Assembly (NCBI GenBank): GCA_020891255.1
Contig: BQFW01000002.1
Location: forward strand, 496,001 to 560,000
DNA length: 64,000 nucleotides
Reading direction: 5' to 3'
Origin: Entomortierella parvispora E1425
Taxonomy: Eukaryota; Fungi; Mortierellomycota
The position numbers and the translations under genes are program-made. Positions 1-12,830 of this stretch are shown here, piece after piece (within the stretch, counting starts at the first letter, position 1; each line of letters begins with the position of its first letter). The notes under the pieces are model-generated. The model saw only the letters and a program-made list of their open reading frames with translations. It ran no database searches and had not been told where the DNA came from.

Positions 1-1880
1 TTGTTCTTCGTCCACATCTTCCTGTCCTTCAGGTTTGAGCTCTTCCATCATGCACGGGTCCATGATGTCTTCCTTGGCTGCCATTGTCGAGCTCGCCAGA
101 AGAGAGCCAATCTTGGTACCACTGACCAGTACATCCGAGAAGAGATAAAGTTGCTAAGAATACGATGAACACCGTCAGTATAGCCGAGAATACCAATTCC
201 AATTGCGTGCCATTCGATGCTGGGAGCCTAAAGTACCATTTCTTCTTGAGAGTCGTCAGTTTCTATCCGCTGGACACTTGCTGAGTGCACTAATATCCTA
301 CCGTTGGCTAGCAGTGGCTAGAGTTGGAGGGAAAAAGTTCAAGCGATCAGGAGACACGTTTTTTTTGAAACACCTGTACGTCAAGGACATGCCTCTCACC
401 CTTTCGCCCTTACCTTGCCCTCGTCAAAACCATATTCGATTTCACAGATCCGATGGAATTCTCCAAAGCGAATGTTGCGGCTCGGACGGTCCTGACGCCG
501 TCCCATTCGATGGGCTGCCATGATCTTGGCTCCACCGTTCTGCTGGAGAGCAGCAATTATTGCAGCTCGTTGCAACACGTCCTTTCGGGCCTGAGACGTA
601 AGCGACGGCAAAGAGGATCGAGGCTGAAGATTTGAGCCTCCCGATATCGTGCCTCCTGACCCTAGTGCTCCACCTACATCACCACCTCCACTGCCACTTT
701 CACCAAGAAAGCCGGAATGGTCTATTCCTAGTAGAGTTCCAGTGCTTCCTGCCACCCCAGCCAAAAAGGCCGAGGAGGCAGATGCAGTCATGGTCAGTCC
801 AGCCGCTAAACTGCCACCGAGTCCACTATTTCCCTCAGACCCAGCGTGACTGCTGTTGCCACCAAGGTAGCTCTTTGCCGACTGGTGATGATGACTGACG
901 ATCGCCAGAGCAGAGGCCATACTTTCTCCTACCATGGCTGCACCGGTGACACCGCTTCCGCTGCTGTTACCGTTGCTATCGATCATGACTAGGTCATTAT
1001 GAGGGTCCTCGAGGTCTAAAAGTGAGATGGCGTCGGATCCACACATGGTTCGGTGAGAGGCACCTTGCCCGTGTTCTCCACCTGTCTCTGATCCTGAAGA
1101 CGAGTCACCGCCTGTTGCTGCTGTCGTTGTTCCTGAGGGGGTCGCAGAAAGACTAAAGTACGAGTTCTGAGATGGTCCGTTCGCATTCAGGAAGGCCAGG
1201 GTATCAGCCCGAGACATGGTCAAAGATGCTCCCGCAGACGCTGGCGGCGAGAGTTGACCAAGGGCTGCTAGATTGAAGCCCGCGTACCGTTGATTGGGTA
1301 GGATATGAGGCGCTGCCAGAGGCGTCGAGGACAGTTTTGAGGTGGACAGAGGTCGGCTAAGGACCTTTCCTGAGGGCGAGCGAGAATCCGGGGCGGCTGT
1401 TGCAAGGGAGGATGACGAAGGAAGAGGGTGGGGTAGAAGATGACTCCGCCGAGGGGCCAATGCAAGTTGGTAACTGCCAGACTCCGTTGAGGGCTGTGCA
1501 GTACCTTGTACTGGAGAACTTCTTCCAGAATTATGACTACGGTCACTTTGGAGGCTCTCTACGGAAGAGGCCATGGAGGTCCCCGAGTCCTTCTTATGAA
1601 GAGTGGCTGCCGATGCCGTAAAAGATGAAAGGCCGTCTTCTTTCTGGACGCCACTGATGGTGCTCTCAGGAGGCGTGATCATCAATGTTGGAGACAGGGG
1701 CAGAGCGGGTGATGCGGACTCAGACACTGTTGAAGCTGCTGTGGAAGTCGTGGCGGTTGTTGTTGTCGTCGATGGGGTGGCAGCTTTGGTCGAGATAGCA
1801 AGTAGTTTGTTTGGTAGCAACGAAGCCTTCAGGATAGCAGCTGAAGACTCCCCAGCCTCATCCAATGTTTGCTCGCCCAT
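1..1880 (-). CDS. PH-domain protein with a long Ser/Gly-rich low-complexity N-terminus; 3' end runs off the window
   Basis: ORF 396-1967 (first ATG at 1880). Manual splicing at GTAAGG and GTACTT donors gives ...RICEIEYGFDEGK|PLLANGRILVHSASVQRIETDDSQEEM|QLYLFSDVLVSGTK, which matches the first strands of a PH fold (LYLFSD motif). Confidence 0.6.
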
Positions 1881-3110
1881 TCTTGTAATGAGAGACGCGA
1901 GACTGTATGAGGAAGTCAAAGGGAACAAGGTGGGTGGAGGAGTTTGACAAAGTTGGGATGATGGCACTGAATCAGTGGCAAGTTGTATCTAGTTGGATTT
2001 GGAATGTATATTTATGGCGGCAAAATGAAAATCGTGGGAACAAGGTCCTTGAACTAAGGAGTCTCGAGGTGGGTATAGTGAGGGTGGATGGGTATACAAA
2101 ATGCAAGTCGGCGAAGAGCGAAGGAGAGAGAAAGAAAAAAAAAACGAGGGAAAAAATTAAAAAGGCGGGATGAGCAGGAAAGGGTGCGTGCCCTGTCAAC
2201 CTTGATGGGTTTTGCTGCAGCACTGCTGCCATGGTCAAAGGACCTCTTTGACCATTGGTGCATTCAGAGATATCAGTGGACAACACCCTCTCTCCTGCTT
2301 CTCTTTGTCTCGACCAGTCTGTGAGCATCCGTCCGTCGAGAGGTGCGTTCTTCTTCCTAAGAGAAGAAACAGTCCAACCCGAGAAGGAAAGCACGCAAGC
2401 ATTGATTTGGCTCAAAAAAAAAAGCGCGTGGATGCTCATGGGGTGAAGGAAGGGTGTGATTGTCTGTCTGTGTGCAACACAGGAAAAAAAAAAGAAAAAA
2501 AAAAGGAGAGACCACCTGTTCAATCTGACCTCGTCGCTTTTGATCCGGTTTTCGGATTAGTGGATGGCGACACACGCACTCTCTCCTTGGCTGCTGACAT
2601 TGCCTGGGCTTCATCTCGTTCAACCCGACTGGCTCAACAAGATTTATTGTTGTCGTTGTGCTGTTCAGGCACGCTCCCACCAGCACCGTCGCCTGGGTCG
2701 CTACTCTCGTTACCTGTCACGCGCGCACTGTTTTCACAATCAAGATCAAAAGAAGTCGAGGCACACGATTAAATATCATCTTGCGACCCTTCTCTGGTGT
2801 TCTTCGATATCGCGGTTGATTGGGGGTGTGTCTCGAGGACGCGGTAAACCAGGACATTGCTGCGTTTTGTAATAAAAGATCCGGATGGACACACGGAGAA
2901 GACCGCTGCCACCTTCAAGTTTTTGGTGCGATTAGATTTCGCGTGATGACAACAGCGGTATATGTCCAAGGACTCTTTCTTTGATCGATCGTACAGAAGA
3001 CAGTGCACATCACTGTTGACACAGCTCCAAACAATGTCCAGGCTCCAGTTCATATAACGAGTTTGAAATGTCGAAAGCGCTGCAGCAAACACAAGGTTGT
3101 GTGTTTTTCT

Positions 3111-5484
3111 TTAATAGTTTAAAAATATGCCACGACGCCTCTCAGCCTCGCGCACCTCAAACTGCATCTGAGCACAGACAAACATGGCGCAGAAACAGCA
3201 ACACATTGTCACCCATCCCTGCGCGGTCGAGAACAGGTCGTAGAGCATTGTCTTCACACCGTCCAATCCTATGCAAAAGCCCACCAAATTGGCAATCATC
3301 ATCAGCATGATGTTTCCAACAGCCCCCACAGCACAGAGGTGGCGGTAGTATGGCCAGCTTCCCCACTATTGTAGAGGAGAGTAAAGATAAGGGTCAGTCC
3401 TTGAACGTACGCTGTCACATGCACCACCTATCGGTGGTCATGGGAATAGTTTCCCATGATCACAAGCAATGTTTTGTGCGTTTGCATGAGCCTGAACTTG
3501 CCTCTTTCTTATTGAAGATCCTGGAGGCGGTGATCTCAGGTACAACAAACAAGGTAATGAGCCACCCCCATGCTAACAGCCTCAAGTTGATATCGTGCCA
3601 AATCGCCACAAAGGTGAACACGACCCAGATATTGTAGATGGCGTACCGTGTGCCTCCAAGGGGGATGTAGATATACCGAAGTGTCCAAAGATTATAGCTC
3701 TTGTGCCAGCTCCGCCAGAATCCCAAGGCCGAGTAGTTGTTGGTGACACAACGCAGCATGTTCTCGGGGGCATCAATGTCATCCAGCAACGCCCAAAGTC
3801 GGAAAAAGCGCCAGATAATCATCAGCTTGAGCCAAATCAGAATCAAGTTGAAGAGTCCAATCATGCAAATTTGAAGGACAGGATCGTCAACCCATGCTTG
3901 ACGTTTGCTGATCGCCACCATGTGCATGTAGTGCATCGTGAACTCCATGGTTAAGTAGCAGAAAATGAAACGTCCGATCCACATGTATTTCGACTTTCTG
4001 GTGATCTCCTTGGGGTATCGCAGCTGATACACATATACACAAGGAAAATAAAAAAATTGTTAGTGCCTAGTTCCTTGACCGGGAGTTATAGTCTGTTATG
4101 TAGCGTTTTGAGTAGAAAGCATTACCTGAGAAATAAAGTCGTTGAAGGTCATAATTGGTCCTGCGACATAAAGAGGTGCATAGAGAGCGAACGCGGCATA
4201 GTACAAAAAGTTGTAGTCCTCAGCAAAGCATGGCCTACTGACACGCTCCTTGTCCGTCAATGATGCTTGATCCCGCTCCTCCTTCTATAATGTTTGTTGG
4301 GCACCGATTAGTGTCCACTGTGGCAGCTGCACATCGATTATTGTCGATAAACTTTGACTTACAGGGATGGGCTCGCGAGACTGTCTTAAAGACCAGTAAT
4401 AGTCCAGGTTGAAAGAGACTAGACGAAGCATGGTGAATTTGAAGGTGACATCCCAGCGAGAGTTCATTCCTGTGTTCGAGTCCTAGTTATACCCAGTGCA
4501 TAAGGAAGCCGTGTCAGGTTGCGATTCAACAAGAGAAGTAGACAAAGACTCTAGACTGGCGGAGCGATTTCTTACCAACCACGACAGAGCTGGGTAAAAC
4601 TGTGCAAAGGTGTATCCTTCATATTTCTCGTTCGCAAACAAGATGGCGACATTAAAAATCCAGGTGAGAACTGGCATCCAACGTGCTGATCCACCAATCT
4701 TTGCGATGGCATAGTTGATTCCAAGAATGGCGCCGATCTTGAACAAACTGTTGCCGCTCATCACATACAAATAGATAACAGAGAAGGCCAAGAAGAAGTA
4801 AGCCCGGTAGAGAGGTTGCAGAGGTGACTTCAGTGGTGACACTGGCACAAAGTACCGTTTGAAGAGATGGCTGAGAGGCAAATAAACACAGATCGCTGCG
4901 ACCAAGACAGGCAAGTTGTTGCGAAAGTTGGCGTATTGTTCATCGCTGTTGTCCTAAAGCCGATGAAGGAAATATGAGCTCTTGCCAGGCGAATGTGGGC
5001 TGTTTCTGTAAAGAATCAGAAACGTTCATTGCTGTTCTCATGGCTTACCACTTTGTATCCGAACCATCCATCCTCAAGAAGATCCTTGAACTTTTCGTAG
5101 TTGGGGTTGCTTTCTATACATACCAGGATGCCGAGGACAAAGAGCCCACCATGTTATTGTTAGCGCTCTATATTTCATCGCCTCTTCTTCCTTTTGGCGC
5201 TGATCAGGTCTGTTACACTTACCCGAGCTTGCATCGTGAGCCGTTTTGAACATGTACGGTACGCATGTGATGAAGACGAAGTAGTAAAAGTAAAACTCCT
5301 TGGTGTTCCAAAGCGAAGGGTTCGTCGTCCGGTCCTGGATCTTCTTCTTGTGGATGTACTCTGCTGGAGCAGTCGATGCATTGCCGTCGGACTGACTCTG
5401 TCCTACAAATGAGGAAATCTCCTCGGCATGAGCCCCGGCCACGGCGCGTCGGCCGGATTCGAGATGTTCATGATGGGCGACCAT
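3111..5484 (-). CDS. GUP1: MBOAT-family O-acyltransferase, glycerol uptake protein 1 / HHAT-like (6 exons)
   Basis: Spliced translation includes [65 protein letters not shown] and the MBOAT catalytic-His segment FVAIWHD. Confidence 0.9.
3366..3501 (-). other. GC-AG intron (last intron of GUP1)
   Basis: AG|GCAAGT donor, CTGAC branch site and ATAG acceptor join FNKKE to [14 protein letters not shown] in frame. Confidence 0.75.
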
Positions 5485-6131
5485 TGGGATGTCGAGTCGT
5501 TCCTCTTTCTTGGCGTAAGACGGATGCAGACGGGCTGATGATGGCGCGGGAGAGGGAAAGGATGAGGGGAAAGAAGGAAGGAAGGAAGGAAGGAAGGGGG
5601 GAGGGAATGAAGGAAGCGGAGCGAGAGACAAAGAAAAGAGACAGGCGACGAGAGAGCACGAACACGAGCCAGGGTGCGATTTTCGCTCCTTCCCTGTGCC
5701 TGTCGGGCTCGCGGGCACAGAACGGGTTTCTGCCCCTGTGCGGCGAATAGATTGTCCGCACCGACAGAGAAAAGGTCCCTTCTTCGATCCCTGGCCGGCT
5801 TCCGTGCCTGCCTTCGTTTTGCTCTCCATCCTCTCCAAGGGCCTCACCTCTTCTTGTCTCCCTTTCTCTCGTTCTCTTTCGTCCTTTGCTTGCTTGCACG
5901 ACCCACCCTCGCCACCATTCTCATGGACGTGCTTCGGTGTGGCAGTCAAAGATCAGAGACAAGCCACCGCTTCCCCCCTTTTCGACTGGTCGCCTGTTCA
6001 CCTTTGACGCGATCCCTCTTTGATCTCTCCATTGCGTTGCCACCATTCCACCAACCGCCAAGCCAGCAGCAAGGATTGCCTTCCGGTCAACTACAGCATC
6101 CCTTGATAGCATTCGCAGCTCTATTCGCCAA

Positions 6132-7484
6132 ATGAACTCAAAGACATTGCTCGCATTCGCTCGGAGAAGAGCATGGACCCCACCTTGCTGCAGAACACCA
6201 CCTATTGTCCGAGCACGATCAACTCTAGCCAACCCGAGCACTGCTGTCGACTGGGAGTACTTTCAGTCGGAGCCAATCCCTGAATTACTAGTCGCATCCA
6301 CCACGAATGCCATCAACTCGAGAACACAATCGCAAAACCTCAAACCAACAGTGGCCCTTGGTCAAAAAACGCCACCAACACCGACGAAGAAGCCAGCAGG
6401 GACAAACTTTGACAACTACTTCACGCCACCACCCACAACATACCAAGAGCACGCTGCCGCCAATATTCCCACGACACACCCAGAGCTGGAGCCAGCGCCT
6501 TTTCCTCGGGATATTCATACCTGCATGCCATATATTAGCCGTAATGTCCAATCCACATCAACATCTGGCGTGAAAGGAAAGCACAACAACCTGGAGAGTT
6601 TTGAAGGGATAGAGCACAATATGGGGAGCACTATCTATCGTGGGACGCTTTTTGAATATCAGACTCAGGAGATCTTAAAGGAGAGTCTTGGAATCTATAC
6701 ACAGCGGTCGGCAGGAAACGGAGATTTTGGAGTGGATCTACGCGGTACTTGGTTCCTACCTCTTAGTGCGTCACCCAAGCCTGGAGACATGGTGCGACAC
6801 CTTCGGGTGATTGTGCAGTGTAAGATGATGCAAGGAAAGATTGGACCGAAATACGTCCGAGAGCTCCAAGGCTCACTTTCATTCGAGACACAACCGACCT
6901 TGGCAATTTTGGCGATCTCATCCGAGTTCACCAGACTGGCTCTTCTCCCTTTCGCAAAGTCACTCTGGCCTATGGCCTTAGCCGTGATTGATACTGAGGG
7001 GCACAAATGCAAAAGACTGATGTGGAACCCGGCTGCAGAGAAAGTGATGCATGGTCTTAAAATCGGGACAAGATGGTCAGAAGGTCCTGAGGGGAAATTA
7101 CAGTGTGATCCTGTCCTTTGCTTTGACGGCAAGGTCGTGGATAGGATGCCGGGCCCTTTTCTGAACGAGACAACTGTTGAAGTAGATATAGCAGAGTCGC
7201 CAAGCATTGGTCATTCCTTAGTAGGCCATGAGATTCCTGATTGGAACATCAACACCGAGCCAGAATATCTATATGTTGTGCCGGATACCACTGAAACCGA
7301 AGGTGAGCCAGGGGAGGATGCTGATGAGTACTCAGGCCATAGTGGCCCAGTGACTTCCAGTCATGTCGAGCTGGTAGCCTGGACACCTGTGACCCAGCTT
7401 GAGCTGAGCACAAGGGCTTGTGTTGATCCACAGGAGATGGTGGAGGAAGAGGACGAAGTGGAAGTCAATGTCAATGCTGAATAA
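6132..7484 (+). CDS. RRG7: RRG7 / DUF2034 family protein (restriction-endonuclease-like fold, probably mitochondrial)
   Basis: Single 450-aa ORF with GTLFEYQT, GDFGVDLRGTW, VIVQCK and GPKYVRELQG motifs; basic N-terminus resembling a targeting peptide. Confidence 0.8.
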   Translation: MNSKTLLAFARRRAWTPPCCRTPPIVRARSTLANPSTAVDWEYFQSEPIPELLVASTTNAINSRTQSQNLKPTVALGQKTPPTPTKKPAGTNFDNYFTPPPTTYQEHAAANIPTTHPELEPAPFPRDIHTCMPYISRNVQSTSTSGVKGKHNNLESFEGIEHNMGSTIYRGTLFEYQTQEILKESLGIYTQRSAGNGDFGVDLRGTWFLPLSASPKPGDMVRHLRVIVQCKMMQGKIGPKYVRELQGSLSFETQPTLAILAISSEFTRLALLPFAKSLWPMALAVIDTEGHKCKRLMWNPAAEKVMHGLKIGTRWSEGPEGKLQCDPVLCFDGKVVDRMPGPFLNETTVEVDIAESPSIGHSLVGHEIPDWNINTEPEYLYVVPDTTETEGEPGEDADEYSGHSGPVTSSHVELVAWTPVTQLELSTRACVDPQEMVEEEDEVEVNVNAE

Positions 7485-7645
7485 AGACTACCGTTTTTAC
7501 CAGTCACGCTCTTTTTTTTTTTTTTTTTTTTTTTTGCGAGTCTCAAAAATATTGTGATGGTCGTGTGTAGGCAGGATAGAGCGCTCCTCCACCCTTTTCT
7601 CCCTCCCCCGCATCCCCACATCGAGGTTCGACAAAAGACAAAGAA

Positions 7646-9218
7646 ATGCATCATCAAAGCTATCAGCAGCAGCGACAGCTACAACAGCCACCTACTGTCC
7701 TTCCTTCTTCATCTTATCCAAACTATGGACACAACGGAGCGTATTATAATGGACAGATACTTCCGCTGGTACAGCAGCAGCAGTACCAGCCTCAGCAACA
7801 TCAGCAACAGCAATTACAGCAACGCCCTTATCCCATTTATCAGATGATACCTTCATCTATGGGTCATCCTCCCCCTCTTCCGCTGCAGCATCATCATGAT
7901 CCATCCCTTGCTCACCAGCAGCCAATGCATCAAGCCCACCAGCACCTCCTCAACGCGTTTTGGTCTAGGCAGATGTATGAGGTTCAGAACGTCGCACAAG
8001 ATTACAAGCTTCATCACTTGCCTTTGGCACGCATCAAAAAAGTCATGAAGACTGATGACGACGTTAAGGTAGAGTGGCCTTTGACGGCTTTATCCATGGA
8101 ATACATCAATTTCTCATTGAGCAATGCTGACGACGAACCTTTTCTTTTTTTTTTTTTTTTTCCTTTGAAACTTGTTCATAGGCCAAGGTAGAGGTCAAAG
8201 AGACTGGTCTTTCCATGTCAAACTCAAGGCTAACCGAACATTTTCTATCATTCGTAGATGATAAGTTCGGAGGTTCCGATGATCTTTGACAAAGGATGTG
8301 AAATCTTCATCACGGAACTCACTTTGCGTGCATGGTAAGAATGTCTCAGGTCTTGAATATTTTTCTCTTTCCTCATTCGAGGGGCAAAACACTCTCCTTT
8401 TGTCCAAATCTCTGTGTGCCTTTATGCACATTGCCTTCTCTATCGGTAGACACTGACTTTTCCACCCTCCTACTTCTCAGGATTCATGCCGAAGAAAACA
8501 AAAGACGAACTCTACAAAGAAGCGATATTGCTGCCGCGATCTCCAAAACTGATCTCTTTGATTTTCTCATCGACATTGTGCCTCGAGAGGAGTACAGGAT
8601 TTCAATTCCCAAGGAGCATCACAAAGCTGCGTTGTTCAAGACGGGCGCTCGACCATCATACTCAGAGGGTGTTCCTTACAACTACGGAGGTAGCGCAGGT
8701 ACAGGTGATAGTAGTAGCATGGGCCTTGTTGGTCGGAAAAGTCTGGATACCATGTTTCAGATACCTATGCCAACTGCCCCGGAATCAGCGACAGGGCCCC
8801 GAGGGCCTAGTGGAGGGGTTGGCTTGGGTGGCTCAGGTCTTTTAGATCCGCTGGAGGACTTTTCCTTACCGTCAGGAGTAGTGACCTCGTCAACAGCACC
8901 GCCATCTTCAGCACCCACTGCAGCTGACGGATCTTCTTCTGGATTGCTGGGATCGTCCTTTCCCTATGATCTGATAAGCGGAGATGGTTCTGGGGAAAAT
9001 TTTGTATTGGTAAGGAGTACAATGTCAAAAGATAGTGGTCGTGTACATGGGTCAAGAGGGAACTAAACCGCGCAATTCATTCTCTCATTCTCATTTAGGA
9101 CAACTCTACCAATGAAGTACTGGAGTCTTTTTCGCAAGAGTCACAACAGCAACAACAACAGCAGCAGAAGCGGCAACAGGAGGGACAGCAGGAGTATGTG
9201 AATCAATATCCTGGATAA
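7646..9218 (+). CDS. HAP5: CCAAT-binding factor subunit C (NF-YC/HAP5); exons 7646-8068, 8258-8334, 8481-9009, 9099-9218
   Basis: Histone-fold sequence [17 protein letters not shown]|[26 protein letters not shown]|[17 protein letters not shown]...[11 protein letters not shown]; all junctions GT-AG and in frame. Confidence 0.92.
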
Positions 9219-9251
9219 AACGTGATAACAACTGTAATAAATGGCTCTATT

Positions 9252-11424
9252 CTACAATACAAGAGCTGCAGGTTGCTCCGACGAGGATTGCTCTTTTCTC
9301 AGTTTCTGCTCCTCCTCATAGCGCCTCGATGGCTTAATTGGTAGAATGTCTATAGTTCCTCTCTTGGGGGCGAGAGGCAGGAAATTCGCCTGGGGTTGGT
9401 AAGCGGCTCCTTTTTGAAAGGACTTGTCCATCACCGACTGGGGAATCCAGTTGAAGGCGATGTATCGAAGAAGGCGCTCCCAAAGAGTCTATTCATGCCA
9501 CAGGTTGTATTATTAATGTCTTTTTTTTTCCTATTCTCGGTTGATTGCCACTGACTGTGATCATTCTCTTACCTGGCCATGAAGAAAAATAGCATTGGCT
9601 TTGGACGTCTTGAATTGTTTTTTCACATTTTCAAAGCGTTGCTCTTTGAAATCCTCCAAGGCCTCCACAATGGATTCATACTTGAGTGACTTCAAATCGT
9701 AGAGACAGTTCGCCAAAATGACAGAATCTAATAAGGCGACCAGTGTGAATAAAGCGGGACGTTTGACATTGAGAATTGAAAATTGGAGGCGGTCCATATA
9801 TTTTTACCTTGCATGGCACAAACAGCACCTTGCCCGGCGCTGGGAAGGAGCTACATATCAAGAAATGGTGATTGTTGAGGGCATGAGATATATAGACGGA
9901 GAGAAGGAAAGAAATAATTAACATGGAGTTGGAGTAGTTACATCCTACACAAACCCCATTTCCAAGTGCTCCATGTCATACCTTGTGGGCTGCATCACCA
10001 ATAAGCACAGTTCGACCGTGAGTCCACGTTTCAAACAGCTTTTCTTCCCAGAAGACGCGTGAGATATTCTCTTTTGGGGTATGGTCGATAAGGTTTCCGA
10101 GGGTTCCGCCTCCAGGGACGCGGAAGTCCTTCACATCGTTGATCATATCTGCATGAGACTCAGATCCCCATGTCGAGTTACGGAATCTTGTCTTCTCAGC
10201 TTCACCAAGTGTCGCCAGTTGAGAAACAACGACCCAGCAGATGCGATTTTCAGGGACATTGAATTCCGCCCACTATTTTCAGTATAATGGAGGTATTTAC
10301 AGTCAGGGCCTTCTTCCATCACCAAGTGAGGAATGAGGTGAAATTCATAGGTGCTTACCGTGTAATGAGTTCCCTTGCCAATCACTTGAGAGAAAATACT
10401 GTCCTCTCTTGCTACAACAGGATACTTGACAGGATCCATAGGGTCAGTTGTACCGACGAGACAATTGAACCCCTTATTCATATCCTCGGCATCTGAGGGT
10501 GGCAGGACCTTCTTTCTCTCCAACATCTTGTAGAGTGACTGCCTCACACCACTGTAAGCACCGTCAGCTCCCACCAACACATCTCCATGGTATGTGGTAT
10601 TGTCGGCACATCTGATCATGACTCCATCCTTGTTTTGCTCCATAGAGAGAACCTTCTTGCTGAAGTGGATTCTTTCTTTCGGGACCTTTGACAAAAGCAA
10701 ATCGTATAGCTTGGGACGAGAAAAAAGCTGGAACTCGTAGCCGAGACTTCCCATTAGAAGAGATCGACAAAGAGAGAGAGAATATAGGGAGAGGAGATAT
10801 CAGTCCCAAAGTAGAGCGGACCTTCCTCACGGATCAAAAGTCGTATAATCCCTCTTACGCATTCTTCTTGTCCGAGTTTGGCAGCTGGCAAATTACACTC
10901 ATATCGCTGTACATGATAGTAGACTCGGTATGGTTGCTTGGATGAGATATTGCCAGCAGTTCCTCATATAGACCGACCTTTTTTTTTTTTGTATTGTTAG
11001 TGGATGTTATTTACTCGTTCATTGACATGTTCGGGGTCAAGGTGTCGACCCATTTCGATCTTATTTTCTTTTCATTCATTCATTCTTCATTCATCTCACC
11101 TGTTCCATCGAGGCCAGGATGGATCCATTCAGGCTCATCACGCTACCTAGTAGAAAGGATCAATTCGGTGAATCGATGCCCGGAGGAGTTGGATGGAACT
11201 CGAGTTCACTTACCGAGAGGCTTGACCTCCTTGGCTCGCTCATAAATCTCATATGGAATTCCTGCTTTGTCAAGGAGAATGGCAAGATAGAGGCCAGAGA
11301 TACCTGCACCCACGATAATTACATTGGGGTTCTTGCCGTCGCTCGTGGGAGGAAGCTGGGACGGGTACTTGAAGGGAGTGTCGTCAAACTCGTCAACAGG
11401 CTTACTAGGGCGATGAGGATTCAT
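9252..11424 (-). CDS. FAD-dependent monooxygenase (FAD_binding_3, group A type), copy A; 8 exons
   Basis: GAGISG Rossmann motif, GADGAYS (DG motif), TVLIGDAAHK|LLPSAGQGA (GD motif); reading frame intact after splicing. Confidence 0.88.
9728..9807 (-). other. Highly conserved 80-nt intron of monooxygenase copy A (counterparts at 20335-20415, 23435-23515, 26094-26178, 28603-28683)
   Basis: GTAAAAAT...CAATTCTCAATGTCAAACGTCCC...TTTATTCACAC...TTAG between codons Q and D; 68 of 81 aligned positions are identical to the copy E intron by hand alignment. Confidence 0.85.
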
Positions 11425-12017
11425 TGTGAATGAACTAGAATGAGAAAATGTTGGGGAATGAGAAGAAAAGAGAGATGAGGAAGACGGCGAGAGATTGAGC
11501 AAAGGACAGTATGCTCTCTCTGTTTTCTTCTCCGCAACCGCTACAGGTGGACACAGAGTCAACAAAAAGCGAGAAAGTCTTTGGTCGTACAGCACAGCAG
11601 CAAATCACCATTTACCATCATACAGTTTTCACGTTCAAGTGTGCTCTGTAGGAGGAGTCTTGAAGGAAGTTCGCCGCCAACTTGGAGTCGGTGGTTGTCC
11701 AAATCAACAAGCTCATTGCATTGGTGATGAATCTGAAAAACTGGAGGAAAGGAAAGAAGACGCGACGCGAACGCGCCTCGAGAAAACGTACGCTGGTCGG
11801 CTGGGTGGCTTAGGTGCTGCGAGAGAGCATGCAACGAATGCTTGCTGGCATGCTTGCATGTTTCCACAGCGATTAATGTTGTATGCATGATGCCCCCTTC
11901 TCCCGTCTGGATCATCATGTCATCTCTTTTGCGCTTTTGTGCCTCTCTTCTCGACTCAGCCTATAGTTAAACAGGCTGCCAAGTCACTCTATCCTGAGCT
12001 CAAAGGACAGGGCGGCG

Positions 12018-12830
12018 ATGAATGCGGCACTTCGATACCTAGGTCGGTGCGGCTTCAAGTGTGTTTTGAAGAACAGAGATGTCCGTAGCATTCTCCAGTA
12101 CGGTAAGAAGGAGAACATACTTTACCCTATCTCACCCAAAAAGCAAACTGACCTTTTCTCGCTCCATATACTCTAGAGCCACGACTGTACTTTTTTTAAA
12201 TCACGTTGGAGGGCTCAGTGGTCACTGATTTCAACCCCGTCGTTGGCTTTCTGCTGGAAGAACCTTGGGCAATGCTCAATCTTCTGTCAGTTGGTATGGA
12301 TTACACCCTACCATCATCGGGGGCCAACCGTCACCAAGGGCCTGTTTAGTCTCTTGTCAGGACTTCAAGGTACTAGGCGCTGGCATTGATAGCGACTTTA
12401 TCCGAAATCATGGACTTCGACAAACCCAATTCCTGAGGTTCTTCACGCTCTCCCAACGGTTTTCAACCATGAGTTTGATTTTTCAGCTGCCGACAGGATT
12501 ATTTGGTACAGTTTTAAAGGTTGCTCTTTCTGAGGCGTACTGGTCACCTTACGCCAAAGCAGCAAAACAGCAACTACACTGGAGGTTCAGAAACTCTCTC
12601 ATGGAAGATCACATTGCGATACATGGAAGTGATCCCAAGGGTTTTGACCTCTTTTACTTTGAAGTGCCAGTTCCATGGTATGGTCTATCGACTACAGTTC
12701 CGGAGGTATCGCAAGGAAGCGACAAATATTAAGCGTCATGGATCAAAAAGGCAAGGGCGTCTATGGAACCGATATCGAGCGTTGTCCCTTTATGATGCGG
12801 TCCTTCAGGACTGACATTCCTTGCTCAGCT
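12018..12830 (+). pseudogene. Possible degenerate gene or element relic of unknown family
   Basis: ATG at 12018, an intron-like GTAAGA...CTGAC...CTAG segment, then protein-like stretches in several frames broken by stops (155-aa ORF at 12265-12732). No family recognised. Confidence 0.25.

Noticed and set aside
9728-9807. Conserved monooxygenase intron as a U12-type intron or conserved hairpin
   Set aside because: The donor is GTAAAA, not GTATCCTT. The CATGG/CCATG pairing seen in copy C is broken in A, D and E without compensation.
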